A stretch of DNA of 64,000 nucleotides, from NCBI GenBank assembly GCA_027858295.1, contig JAQICZ010000043.1:23699-87698 (forward strand). The letters run 5' to 3'. This DNA comes from Nanobdellota archaeon. GTDB taxonomy: Archaea; Nanobdellota; Nanobdellia; Pacearchaeales; GW2011-AR1. The position numbers and the translations under genes were made by a program. The notes beneath the pieces are model-generated. The model did no database searches and was not told the origin of the DNA. It worked only from the letters and a program-made list of their open reading frames with translations. This document shows, piece by piece, positions 54,048 to 63,827 of this stretch (positions within the stretch are counted from its first letter, which is position 1; the number at the start of each line of letters is the position of its first letter).

Positions 54048-54235
54048 GTCAAATTTTTGCTGAAATTTGTACTCCCTTGGGAAATCGTACAAATTTATTA
54101 ACGCAAAAGTCATCCACTCGCACAATATATATTCACAGAATAGGGTTAGCCCTGTTGAATGCCATTCGCTATAGAATATGGAAGAACAAATTCTTTTTTG
54201 AGAATTTGTCCAGGGAAGCAAAAATTCATAGACAA
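54048..54235. repeat. B-element copy 3 (divergent)
   Basis: gtcaaatttttgctgaaatt..., gcaaaagtcatccactcgc (compare 50588-50606), CCATTCGCTATAGAATATGG at 54162-54181; ends 50 nt before the pentapeptide gene. Confidence 0.7.
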
Positions 54236-54284
54236 ATGATAAGGATTTGACAATGAACTTTCATTTTGAAATATTTATAATAGG

Positions 54285-54869
54285 ATGAGTGTTAGTTATT
54301 ATATGTTTGAAGAAACAAACAATGAAAAGACCTATGAAAAATTAGTTAAGGCCGACTTGTCAAATAAGGAGTTTGATAAATGTATTTTTGAGAAATGTGA
54401 CTTCACTGGATCAAATTTTGTCAATGCTAAATTTGATGACTGTCTATTCAAAGAATGTAACTTCTCATTAGCAAAAATTAACAATACTAAGTTTATGGAT
54501 GTAAAATTTGAAGGATGTAAAATTGTAGGGCTTAATTTCTCAAATGCTAATCAGTTTTTGATTGAATTTGAATTTGAGGCATGCAACATAAAACATTGTG
54601 ATTTCGGGGAAATTAACATTCAAAAGACTAAATTTACAAATTGTTTGATTGAAAGTTGTGATTTTATACATACCAACCTAAAGAATACTAGCTTTAGAAA
54701 GAGTGAGTTTGTTGATGTGAATTTCCAAGAATGTAACTTAACAGAGGCCAATTTCAAGGGTGCTGAAGGATACATACTGAATCCTGCAGGAAATACTGTT
54801 CTTGGTGCCAAGTTTGACTACCCTGGGGTTTTGGGGCTTGTTAGGTACTTTGGTGTAAAGGTAGAGTAG
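54285..54869 (+). CDS. pentapeptide-repeat protein
   Basis: Continuous A(D/N)LXX-type repeats: CDFTGSNFVNAKFDDCLFKECNFSLAKINNTKFMDVKFEGCKIVGLNFSNAN... Confidence 0.8.
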   Translation: MSVSYYMFEETNNEKTYEKLVKADLSNKEFDKCIFEKCDFTGSNFVNAKFDDCLFKECNFSLAKINNTKFMDVKFEGCKIVGLNFSNANQFLIEFEFEACNIKHCDFGEINIQKTKFTNCLIESCDFIHTNLKNTSFRKSEFVDVNFQECNLTEANFKGAEGYILNPAGNTVLGAKFDYPGVLGLVRYFGVKVE

Positions 54870-54974
54870 AATTGTGCCAACTGCAAACCGCATTTTACTT
54901 GAAAAACTGTTACGAATTAATTTATAAGGCGTGATTTCTTTAAATTTGCAAGTAAATATTCAGGAGGAAAAAGA

Positions 54975-55328
54975 ATGAGTAAAAAATTGTTTATAGGAAA
55001 TTTGGATTTTAAGACAGCTGATAAGGATTTAGAAGATATGTTTTCAGGATATGGAGATATTAATGATTGTGTTATAATTAAGGATCGAGAAACTGGCAGA
55101 TCAAAGGGCTTTGGATTTGTAACTTTTGATGATGATGAAGCGGCTGAGAAAGCGGTTGAGGGATTGAACGAGAAGGAAGTTAGAGGTCGTAAACTTACTG
55201 TTAATATTGCTAAGGAGAGAGAAGAATCGACTCCCAGATTTAATAATAATCCAAGGTTTGAGAGAAGAGAATCTGAACCAGAAGATGAGTATTCGAAATA
55301 TTTTACTACTACGCTTATGAGAGATTAG
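54975..55328 (+). CDS. RRM-type RNA-binding protein with acidic/basic tail
   Basis: LFIGNL (RNP-2), KGFGFVTF (RNP-1); AGGAGG at 54962-54967; the first 8 residues are nearly identical to the 48673 paralog. Confidence 0.85.
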   Translation: MSKKLFIGNLDFKTADKDLEDMFSGYGDINDCVIIKDRETGRSKGFGFVTFDDDEAAEKAVEGLNEKEVRGRKLTVNIAKEREESTPRFNNNPRFERRESEPEDEYSKYFTTTLMRD

Positions 55329-55771
55329 GGGGAATGCCGACTGCTAACAGCAAACGGCTGACCGCTTTATTATTTTTATTTTTTTATTAATATTTTTTTG
55401 TTTGGGCCAATTGGGCTTGTTGAAGAATTTGAGGAGGCCGGGAGGCTTTTTTGGACTGGTGAGAATGCGTTGAATTTTATGTTTCTTGATGGCTGTTTGG
55501 CTTTTCGGGGTGATGATTTGGTGAGTTTTTGATAGTCTAGTTTTTGGGGCAAGGGTTTGGTGAAGTTGCTTACGCACCCGCTGCACTTCGCCCGCCTTCG
55601 GGCAGGGCGAGTTTGCTCTGCTTGGACAGTTAAGGTACAAATACGGGGGCAGAGGTCGTTTGTTGGAGGTTGGTGGTGGGGTTGCTTGTGATTGTTTTTG
55701 TAGAATGCGTTAACTTTGGTTTGTTTTGTAGTAAAGAATTATTAGCTATAATTACTCTGTTTAATCGAGCA

Positions 55772-55829
55772 ATTTATGCACGCACTGCGAGGGATAATTT
55801 AATTTGTTTTAATCTCTGAGCTTGCGAAG
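55772..55829 (+). repeat. R1 element copy n (inverted orientation, outside the island)
   Basis: The reverse complement reads CTTCGCAAGCTCAGAGATTAAAACAAATTAAATTATCCCTCGCAGTGCGTGCATAAAT and aligns with copy m. Confidence 0.75.
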
Positions 55830-55918
55830 AGTTTGTTCTCAACAATCTTAAGGACATGGAAAAGTAGTTATTGAGAATTCTAAAAATCAGGTTCATTAAA
55901 TGAATATTTATTTTGTTT

Positions 55919-57859
55919 TTATTCTAATCTTGCCTGCAACTTTTTCACCTTATTCCTTAGCATTATTGCTGTTTCGAAGTCTAGTTTATCTGCAGCATCT
56001 TCCATTTCTTTTTGAGCTTCGATTATTAAGTTTGGTATGTCAGACTTTGGTATGTGTTTTGTGTCTATAAGTTCTACTACTTTTTCTTTGATTGGTTTTA
56101 CAATTGTTTTTGGTTTTATATTATGGGCCTTATTGTAAGCCATTTGTATTTTTCTTCTTCTTTTGGTTTCATTGATCGCTCTTTTTATTGAGTCGGTCAT
56201 GACATCTGCATACATTATTACTCTGGCGTCTTTGTTTCTGGCTGCTCTTCCGATTGTTTGGATTAGGGACTTATCGTTTCTTAAAAAGCCTTCTTTGTCT
56301 GCATCTAATATTCCAACTAATCCAACTTCTGGGATGTCGATTCCTTCTCTTAATAGGTTAATCCCTACTAGGACATCAAATGTTCCGAGACGGAGTTCGC
56401 GAATGATTTCTGTTCGTTCTAATGTTTCGACTTCTGAATGTAGGTATCTTGTTTTTATTTTTTGTTCGCCTAGGTATTCAGTAAGTTCTTCTGCTAATTT
56501 TTTTGTTAGAGTTGTTAGCAAGACTCTTTGCCCCTTTTTCACTGCTTTTTCTATTTCTTTTTTTATGTCAATCACTTGTGTTCCTAGTGGTCGAACTTCT
56601 ACCTCTGGATCTATTAAACCTGTTGGACGAATTATTTGTTCGACTATTTGTTTTGACTCTCTCTTCTCGTAGTCCCCAGGGGTTGCTGATACAAATATTG
56701 TATTTTGTCTTTTTAGATATTCTTCAAATTCTTCAAATTTTAATGGCCTATTATCATAAGCTGAATCTAGCCTGAAACCATATTCTATTAGATTTGCTTT
56801 TCTTGCCCTGTCACCTTTATACATTCCATGAACTTGTGGTATTGTTTGATGACTTTCATCTATTACCATTAAGAAATCTTTTGGAAAATAATCTAGAAGA
56901 CAATATGGTTTTTCTCCAGCTTTTCTTTTGTCGAAATGTCTCGAGTAGTTTTCTATTCCTTTACAATAGCCAGTTTCTTTAATCATCTCTAAATCATGCA
57001 ATGTTCTTTGTTTTAATCTATGAGCTTCAAACATTTCGTGTTGTGGCAAATCATTCTCTAGCTGATATTCTATTGAATTCAGAGCTTCCTCTATTTCTTC
57101 TTCTGGAACCATGAAGTGCTTTGCAGGATATACTGTAAAATGTTCCCAGTCCTGGATTTTTTCTCCTGTGATTTTGTCAATCTCTATTATTCGTTCTATC
57201 TCATCGCCAAACATTTCAATTCGAATTATATTATTTATATCTGACGGGATAAGATCCACTATGTCCCCCTTTACTCTAAATCTTCCTGGCTGCAATTCTA
57301 TATCATTTCTTTCATACCTGGAACCTATTAATCTTGAGATAATTTCGTTTCTCTTTATTTTTTGTCCAGCATCTAATCCAAATCTAAACCCCATATAATT
57401 TTCTGGGTTTCCTAAACCATAGATGCAAGAAACTGAAGCTACTATGATTGTATCTCTTCTTGACAATACTGCGGCGGTTGCTGCCAAACGCATTTGGTCT
57501 AGTTTTGGGTTTACAGCTGAATCCTTTTCGATATATTGGTCTGTTGTTGGTATATAAGATTCTGGCTGATAATAATCATAATAAGAAACAAAATATTCCA
57601 CTTTGTTTTCTGGGAAGAGTTCCTTTAATTCTTCATAAAGCTGGGCTGCTAATGTTTTATTGTGAGCCATTACCAAAGTTGGTCGCTGAGTCCTCTCTAT
57701 AACATTTGCTATAGTAAAAGTTTTACCCGATCCAGTTACACCCAAGAGTGTTTGCATTTTTTTATTATTGTTAATTCCATCTACTAACTTATTGATTGCC
57801 TCTGGCTGATCTCCAAATGGTTTGAATTTAGATTTTAGTTCGAATTTTTTGGTTCCCAT
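55919..57859 (-). CDS. uvrB: excinuclease ABC subunit B
   Basis: 646 aa; GVTGSGKTFT Walker A, DESH box, helicase motifs, C-terminal UVR domain (LDFETAIMLRNKVKKL). Confidence 0.95.
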   Translation of the reverse strand: MGTKKFELKSKFKPFGDQPEAINKLVDGINNNKKMQTLLGVTGSGKTFTIANVIERTQRPTLVMAHNKTLAAQLYEELKELFPENKVEYFVSYYDYYQPESYIPTTDQYIEKDSAVNPKLDQMRLAATAAVLSRRDTIIVASVSCIYGLGNPENYMGFRFGLDAGQKIKRNEIISRLIGSRYERNDIELQPGRFRVKGDIVDLIPSDINNIIRIEMFGDEIERIIEIDKITGEKIQDWEHFTVYPAKHFMVPEEEIEEALNSIEYQLENDLPQHEMFEAHRLKQRTLHDLEMIKETGYCKGIENYSRHFDKRKAGEKPYCLLDYFPKDFLMVIDESHQTIPQVHGMYKGDRARKANLIEYGFRLDSAYDNRPLKFEEFEEYLKRQNTIFVSATPGDYEKRESKQIVEQIIRPTGLIDPEVEVRPLGTQVIDIKKEIEKAVKKGQRVLLTTLTKKLAEELTEYLGEQKIKTRYLHSEVETLERTEIIRELRLGTFDVLVGINLLREGIDIPEVGLVGILDADKEGFLRNDKSLIQTIGRAARNKDARVIMYADVMTDSIKRAINETKRRRKIQMAYNKAHNIKPKTIVKPIKEKVVELIDTKHIPKSDIPNLIIEAQKEMEDAADKLDFETAIMLRNKVKKLQARLE

Positions 57860-57932
57860 AAATTGGGGAAGAGAATCAGGATTATAAGATTTTTGGGTGA
57901 AGCACTAATGATATAAAGTACTGCTTGTAATT

Positions 57933-58379
57933 ATGAGTATGAAATTGAAAAAAGGACAAACAATTGAGATTGAAAGGGAGAACTTTACTATTACTGAGAT
58001 AGCTAAACATTATCACGAGGAAGGAGAAACGATAAAGACATATTATAGTTATTCTCTATCTTCTGAAAATCCTGATGTAACGCACGCGGAAATAGATGAC
58101 TACCATTCTGGAAATTTTATTTTTCATATTACAAAGAAAGTTAAATCTAATATTGAGAATCTAGACATTCATATTGGGAATAACAAATATTTAATTGCTA
58201 AGGAAAAAGACGAGATATTCATTGACCCACTAAACGGAGATTTGCAAGATGCTAAATGCTATGAAGTTGTTGGTTGCAAAACTGGAATGGTTCCTTCTGA
58301 ACTTCATATATTGCCTGATGGAACTGAAATATTTTATCTTACTATGAAATTAAAAAAAGAGGATCTCAAATGGAATTAG
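57933..58379 (+). CDS. hypothetical protein
   Basis: 148-aa ORF; overlaps the next gene by 10 nt. Confidence 0.5.
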   Translation: MSMKLKKGQTIEIERENFTITEIAKHYHEEGETIKTYYSYSLSSENPDVTHAEIDDYHSGNFIFHITKKVKSNIENLDIHIGNNKYLIAKEKDEIFIDPLNGDLQDAKCYEVVGCKTGMVPSELHILPDGTEIFYLTMKLKKEDLKWN

Positions 58380-58849
58380 AAGAAGGAGGTAAAATTGAAC
58401 TTTTTGGAGATTATTTTATTGTTGGAGAAGTTGGCGAGGGGTTAATTGATTTGCGAACTAGAGACCCGACTATTTTTGAGGCATATATTGAACTTCGGAA
58501 TAAAGGACCTATATTAAAAACGGTTCGAGAAATTGATTGTGTAATTAAACATCGTGGGCTCAGATATAATGATAAGATTTACCAAGTGATTCGAAATTAT
58601 TACACGGAAGCTTATAGAGATGGGAGATGGGAAAGGTTTAGGGTTTATGAAATCCATCGAATTGAGGAAGGGCAATTCAATCCAAAGAACCCTCGGAAAG
58701 TTATTCACGGTAGAGATAAAAAATTTATTTTATTTGACCATCAAAAACTTAAAGATGAGGATGTCATTATGAATCCTGTCGAGACCTTTGATGAAAAAGT
58801 TAATCCTATTTCAAAGAGATTCCATCTCAAATTTAAAGAGCAGCCCTGA
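58370..58849 (+). CDS. hypothetical protein
   Basis: 159-aa ORF; N-terminus (EEGGKIELFGDYFIVGEV) resembles that of 57933 (KKGQTIEIERENFTITEI). Confidence 0.5.
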   Translation: MELEEGGKIELFGDYFIVGEVGEGLIDLRTRDPTIFEAYIELRNKGPILKTVREIDCVIKHRGLRYNDKIYQVIRNYYTEAYRDGRWERFRVYEIHRIEEGQFNPKNPRKVIHGRDKKFILFDHQKLKDEDVIMNPVETFDEKVNPISKRFHLKFKEQP

Positions 58850-58956
58850 GCCGAGTTATTGGTAAAGAATCTAATTTAAAAAAAGTAAAGGGGATAAATC
58901 CCCTTGTTTATTATAAAAAAATAAAAATAATTTTTGCTTAAGATCTAAATACTAAA

Positions 58957-59214
58957 TTAGTATTTAGGGTTCTTTGAAGCTTTAAACTGGAATACAGTCT
59001 TAGCAGGAATCTTAATCTTTTCACCAGTTGATGGGTTTACACCCTTTCTAGCTTTTCGCTTTATGTACTTAAAAGTACCGAATCCTACTAGTTGTACTGG
59101 TTCTTTCTTAGATTTTGAAGCAGCTTTCATAAAAGCTTCGAGAGCTTTACCTGCTTGAATCTTTGAAAGATCAGCTTCCTTTGCTATTGCTTCAATAAGT
59201 TGAGCTTTGTTCAT
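58957..59214 (-). CDS. HU/IHF-family DNA-binding protein
   Basis: MNKAQLIEAIA...GFGTF...RKARKGVNPSTGEKIKIPAK.V..FK is the classic bacterial HU signature. Confidence 0.9.
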   Translation of the reverse strand: MNKAQLIEAIAKEADLSKIQAGKALEAFMKAASKSKKEPVQLVGFGTFKYIKRKARKGVNPSTGEKIKIPAKTVFQFKASKNPKY

Positions 59215-59346
59215 TTTTTTATCACCCCTCCTTTTTACCGATCCTATCGTAGCATCAAAAAGTTCTCGGACTTTAAAAGCATTTGTTTTTTGTTTGATTT
59301 AATGGGCCTTCAGAAGATTTATTAATGCTATTTGGCTATTGATTCC

Positions 59347-59520
59347 ATGGCAAAGGCGGGGGAAATAATTGGATTGATATTGATTATAATTGCTGGAATT
59401 TTTATATTTCCAGACCAAGTTCTGACGATAGTGAAAAATAAGTTTTTTATGATGATTGGTGCCATTATTTTACTTGCTATTATTTTTCTTATTTGGTTAA
59501 GGCTTAGAACTAAATATTAA
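59347..59520 (+). CDS. hypothetical small membrane protein
   Basis: ATG at 59347 (track start is TTG); two TM helices. Confidence 0.4.
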   Translation: MAKAGEIIGLILIIIAGIFIFPDQVLTIVKNKFFMMIGAIILLAIIFLIWLRLRTKY

Positions 59521-59621
59521 TTGAAAGCCTCAGTCAACAATCAGGTGAAAGAGTCGATAACTCCCCAGATTATAAGAATTTATACAATAAACCATAAAAA
59601 GGCTTTTGCCTTACCCCAAGT

Positions 59622-60422
59622 ATGAAAGAGCTTGTCGTTCCCATAAAAATAAAAAAAACTATCAATAGAAAAGTAGAGAGAGTTGAAAGTATCAGCAAAA
59701 TACAAACAATCATTAAGTGGACATTTATAACATCCTTGATTTCTATTATATTACTTATGACATTACACGCTCAAAAAAGCATATTTGTAAGCATAGATAC
59801 CGTTATCATTATTTTATCTTTTATTGGACTAGCAATAGTCACGACACTTATGTTAAAAGAATCACTATCACTAAAAGAAACAATTATTATGCGCCTTGAC
59901 AACCTAAGAAAAATAACAAAACACAAAAGTACAATTGAGATAAAAAAGGAATTAATAAATACCGCCAAGATTATTCAATCATCATATAAAATCTCTGAAA
60001 TTAAGAATGGGGGATTTATTCAAATCTGCAACATCCAAGCATTCACAACCGAGCTAATAAAAAGCCTTAAGATCTATTCTAAAAAGGAACTTTTGGAAGA
60101 GAAGAACAAACTATTAATATTTCTAAACAGATCATTAGCAACAGTTACCAATGAGGATTTTGGAAGAAAAGAAAAACCAAAAAAGGCAAAGAATAACCTA
60201 AATAAAATAATCTCTATAATAGACTCGAAAAAAGGACATCTTTCTTTAATTTTTATAATATCTATTATGATTACCATACTTGCATATAATATAGAGTTGC
60301 TTGAAAAGAATCAAACTTTCCTTGGATTTTTAGGATGTGCCACCCTATTATATACTACTTATGCCATAGCTTCAAATCCTGATAAAATTAGACTCTTTCT
60401 TAAAAAGAATCAATCAAAATAA
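59622..60422 (+). CDS. hypothetical membrane protein
   Basis: 266 aa; TM helices at both ends; 13-nt convergent overlap with uvrC. Confidence 0.5.
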   Translation: MKELVVPIKIKKTINRKVERVESISKIQTIIKWTFITSLISIILLMTLHAQKSIFVSIDTVIIILSFIGLAIVTTLMLKESLSLKETIIMRLDNLRKITKHKSTIEIKKELINTAKIIQSSYKISEIKNGGFIQICNIQAFTTELIKSLKIYSKKELLEEKNKLLIFLNRSLATVTNEDFGRKEKPKKAKNNLNKIISIIDSKKGHLSLIFIISIMITILAYNIELLEKNQTFLGFLGCATLLYTTYAIASNPDKIRLFLKKNQSK

Positions 60423-61984
60423 GACTTACTTCTTCTTTCTCTTTGAAACTTTACCGCGAATCTATGGGCTTCATCTCTTATTGCTTGCAATAGCAATCTC
60501 GCTTTATTCTTTGGAGGCATCCTTAGTGGGATTTCTGCGCCGGGAATATAGACTTCTTCGAACTTCTTTGCTAGAGATATTATTGGAATTTTCACATTAA
60601 TTTCTTTTAATGATTTTATTGAGGAATTTAGTTGCCCAAGTCCACCATCAATCACAATTAAATCGGGAAATAGCTCGTTATCTTTTTTCAACCTAGCATA
60701 TCTTCTTTGAACTACTTCATTCATTGCTCTAAAATCGTCGTTCCCTTGAAATGATTTTATCTTGAACTTCCTGTAATTTGATTTGTCTGGTTTTCCGTTT
60801 CTGAACTGAACCATAGATGCAACCACTTCAGTCCCGCCTAAATGGGAAATATCAAAACACTCTATCACCCTTGGTAGAGTCGGAATATTTATTTGTTTTT
60901 GTAATTCTTTTATTTTTTCGAAATTACCAAAAAAACTAAGTTCAATATTTTTAGCTACAAGGATTAACAAATCTTTTAGTTCCCCCTTTTGAGGAATTGT
61001 TATTTTCACTTTCGCATTTTTCTTGTGTTCTAAATACTCTTTTACTGAATCATCTACTTTCCCTGGAAGAATCAAATCTTTTGGTATATCATTCTCTGAA
61101 TAAAACTGAATTAAAAACTCCTCTAAAAAATTCCCCTTATAATCGAAAGTAAACTCTTGTTTATTTAGTAGCGTTCCTTTGTAGATATTAAAAACTATCA
61201 AATAAACCACTTCGTCTTTTATTTTGTAATTTATAATATCTTCATCATGTTTTTTTTGCCTTTCTACATTTTGTTTTTCTCGTAGGTATTCGACTGCTTT
61301 CGACTGCTCCCTTAAAGAGAGGGCCTTTTCGTAATCCATTTCTTTGGATGATGCCTTCATCTTTTCTTTAAGTTCTTTCAATAATTCTTTGTCCCTACCC
61401 TCCAGCACTTGGCTTACCTTTTCAATATCTACCATATAATCCTTCCTTGATATTGCTTTAACACAAGGGCCAGAACAAATGCCTATCTCATATCTCAGAC
61501 ACTTCTTTTTTGGAAGAGTTTTACATGTTCTTAGTTTAAATGTTTTATTTATAATCTGAATTACCTGAGTCCTGGATTCTCCAGAGATAAATGGACCAAA
61601 CAGTTTTCCAACATTTTGTTTATTTTTTATTATATCACTTCTTGCAGTAATTAGTCTAGGATAGGTTTCATTCGTCAACTCAATAAAAGCATATGACTTA
61701 GAATCCTTAAGATCAATATTATATTTTGGCTTGTGTTTTTTTATCAATGAGTCCTCCAAGAGAAGAGCCTCTACTTCTGAATTAGTAATAATAAAATCAA
61801 AATCGGCTATATGGGAAACTAAGGCCTTTGTCTTTTCACTATCGTGGTTTTTTGAGAAATAGGAAGTTACTCTTTTCTTTAGATTTTTTGCCTTACCAAT
61901 ATAAATTATCTTCCCAACTGAGTTTTTGTATATATAACAGCCCGGGGACTCTGGTATCTCCTTAAGATTTAATGGATATTTCAT
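60410..61984 (-). CDS. uvrC: excinuclease ABC subunit C (short form lacking the C-terminal HhH2)
   Basis: GIY-YIG N-terminus (PGCYIYKN...IYIGKAKNLKKRV..YF), UVR-like region, C-terminal RDEAHRFA motif; the protein ends 18 aa after it. Confidence 0.9.
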   Translation of the reverse strand: MKYPLNLKEIPESPGCYIYKNSVGKIIYIGKAKNLKKRVTSYFSKNHDSEKTKALVSHIADFDFIITNSEVEALLLEDSLIKKHKPKYNIDLKDSKSYAFIELTNETYPRLITARSDIIKNKQNVGKLFGPFISGESRTQVIQIINKTFKLRTCKTLPKKKCLRYEIGICSGPCVKAISRKDYMVDIEKVSQVLEGRDKELLKELKEKMKASSKEMDYEKALSLREQSKAVEYLREKQNVERQKKHDEDIINYKIKDEVVYLIVFNIYKGTLLNKQEFTFDYKGNFLEEFLIQFYSENDIPKDLILPGKVDDSVKEYLEHKKNAKVKITIPQKGELKDLLILVAKNIELSFFGNFEKIKELQKQINIPTLPRVIECFDISHLGGTEVVASMVQFRNGKPDKSNYRKFKIKSFQGNDDFRAMNEVVQRRYARLKKDNELFPDLIVIDGGLGQLNSSIKSLKEINVKIPIISLAKKFEEVYIPGAEIPLRMPPKNKARLLLQAIRDEAHRFAVKFQRERRSKSYFD

Positions 61985-62108
61985 TTTTTATAACATATGC
62001 AATCACTTATTACTTATTACATAAAATATAGAACGATTCACATATTATAATAATTGCCTCTTTGGGATAGTGATACCTTTTTTTAAAGGACTGCTTCCTA
62101 AATAAAAA

Positions 62109-62414
62109 ATGAATAAAATATATATTGAAAGTGGTCCAGAAATAGCAGAAAAGGATATTCCTGGAGAAGGCAAATATTTTGAGATTATATGGAAATTAAA
62201 TGAGACTCCACAAGAAACTTGGAACCAAGAATTTGACAAGCTAATTAAAAACCACTTAGAAATAGAAAATGATTTGTTTGGACCATATAAACCAAAGATT
62301 ATGTTTACTGATTTAGTATTAACAGTTACAGATAAATCTTTGATAGAATACCAAAAAAATTATTTTTTAGAGGAATTTATTGATAATATTAATAATAAAT
62401 TTAAATTATTATAA
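62109..62414 (+). CDS. hypothetical protein
   Basis: 101-aa ORF, ATG start. Confidence 0.45.
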   Translation: MNKIYIESGPEIAEKDIPGEGKYFEIIWKLNETPQETWNQEFDKLIKNHLEIENDLFGPYKPKIMFTDLVLTVTDKSLIEYQKNYFLEEFIDNINNKFKLL

Positions 62415-63296
62415 TGTTGCCTTTAATGACCTAATAGCAACTTCTAGTTGCTTAGAATCTGGTTCTTTTGTTGTCAATCTCTGCATCCACATTCCAGGAG
62501 CAGTTATTGCTTTGAAGAAAATATTATTTTCATTTTTACCTGATAATCTAAGAACTTCATAAGAAACCCCCATAACTAAAGGTAGTAATAAAATTCTTAG
62601 GCCAAGGTTCTGCCAGAATGTTGTACTATTGAAAGGAATTACTGTATAGATTAAAATACTAATCATGAGAGCTCCAAAAATAAAGGCAGTCCCACATCTT
62701 GGATGATACCTTGAAAATTTTCTTGCATTTTTTACTGTCAATTTTTCTTTTGCTTCGTTACACCTAACAACTTTATGTTCTGCACCATGGTATTCGAAAA
62801 CTCTTTTTGTGTCTTTTGCTAGAGAAATTAAATAAATATACAAGATCATAATTAAAATTTTAATAACCCCGTCTACTACGTTTGGCCAAATGTTTGAGTT
62901 TGATAGAAAGTCTATTTTTGATACAAAAAACTTTGTAATTAATAATGGCAAGAATTTAAACAAAAGTAGAGCGAAAGCCACTGACAAAAACATAAACCCA
63001 ACCATACCCCATCCTTCTATTTTTTCCTCTTCTTCTTCAATAGCTATACTTGTAGAATATGTCATGGCCCGAATTCCAATTATCATCATATACATTAACT
63101 TGAAAAATCCTCTAATTAATGGTGTTTTGAAAATTACAGACTTCGGTGACCGAATTGTTCCCTTTTTTACCACAATTTTTCCTTTTGGGTTTCTAACTGC
63201 GATTGCTTGCTTATTTCCATTAAGCATCATTACTCCCTCCATAACTGCTTGTCCACCGATTATTTCCTCTGTGGGCAATGCTTTTTCCTTCTTCAT
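62409..63296 (-). CDS. DUF1385-family membrane protein
   Basis: IGGQAVMEGVMM and EYHGAEHK motifs plus 4-5 TM helices. Confidence 0.8.
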   Translation of the reverse strand: MKKEKALPTEEIIGGQAVMEGVMMLNGNKQAIAVRNPKGKIVVKKGTIRSPKSVIFKTPLIRGFFKLMYMMIIGIRAMTYSTSIAIEEEEEKIEGWGMVGFMFLSVAFALLLFKFLPLLITKFFVSKIDFLSNSNIWPNVVDGVIKILIMILYIYLISLAKDTKRVFEYHGAEHKVVRCNEAKEKLTVKNARKFSRYHPRCGTAFIFGALMISILIYTVIPFNSTTFWQNLGLRILLLPLVMGVSYEVLRLSGKNENNIFFKAITAPGMWMQRLTTKEPDSKQLEVAIRSLKATL

Positions 63297-63392
63297 TTAA
63301 CTCTTAGTGAATTTCAGTTTAAAAAAGTAGAGAATTGCTATTTCCTGACGATTGTTACAACATTATATAAATAACAATTTATTCTATTTGAT

Positions 63393-63827
63393 ATGAAAAA
63401 GATCTTTGGAATATTATTTATTTTTGTTTTGGGAATTAGTTTTATTAGTGCAATTGATTTTGATACAAACTCTGTTAGCTGTTCTGTACTAGAACTAGGA
63501 AAATCTCAAGTTATAGGTTATGAGATTCCATCTCAAGTCCCCTACAAAAATGAAATATTCAATCTTTATATCTCAGAAGAAATCTTTGGGAGTATTATCA
63601 TTAAAAAAGGTATTTTAACTGATTTTTCTTGTGAAATTAATAATAACCAAACGTATGATGTTTATATAAAAAACTATGAAGTTTTTGCCCGGTTTACAGG
63701 AGAAGGTGATATTGTTGAAATCCTAAATACTGCTATTGCGAATAAAGATATTGAAATCAAAGGCAAGGGGATGGGTAAAAAATTGAAATGGTTTTTTAGT
63801 AGAATTGGATTAAAGTGGTTTGGATAG
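63393..63827 (+). CDS. hypothetical secreted protein
   Basis: 144 aa; signal peptide MKKIFGILFIFVLGISFISA. Confidence 0.55.
   Translation: MKKIFGILFIFVLGISFISAIDFDTNSVSCSVLELGKSQVIGYEIPSQVPYKNEIFNLYISEEIFGSIIIKKGILTDFSCEINNNQTYDVYIKNYEVFARFTGEGDIVEILNTAIANKDIEIKGKGMGKKLKWFFSRIGLKWFG

Noticed and set aside
50460-55640. ORFs 50460..50663, 50521..50727, 50556..50807, 53990..54250, 54024..54221 and 55344..55640
   Set aside because: They coincide with the B2 and B3 repeats or with the GC-richer non-coding region downstream of uvrB. They overlap one another on both strands and their translations are not protein-like.
49009-63300. Antisense ORFs inside patatin, uvrB, DUF1385 and neighbouring genes (49009..49224, 49318..49692, 56163..56672, 56503..56775, 57111..57398, 62890..63300 and others)
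   Set aside because: They lie opposite confidently identified genes and are typical shadow frames.
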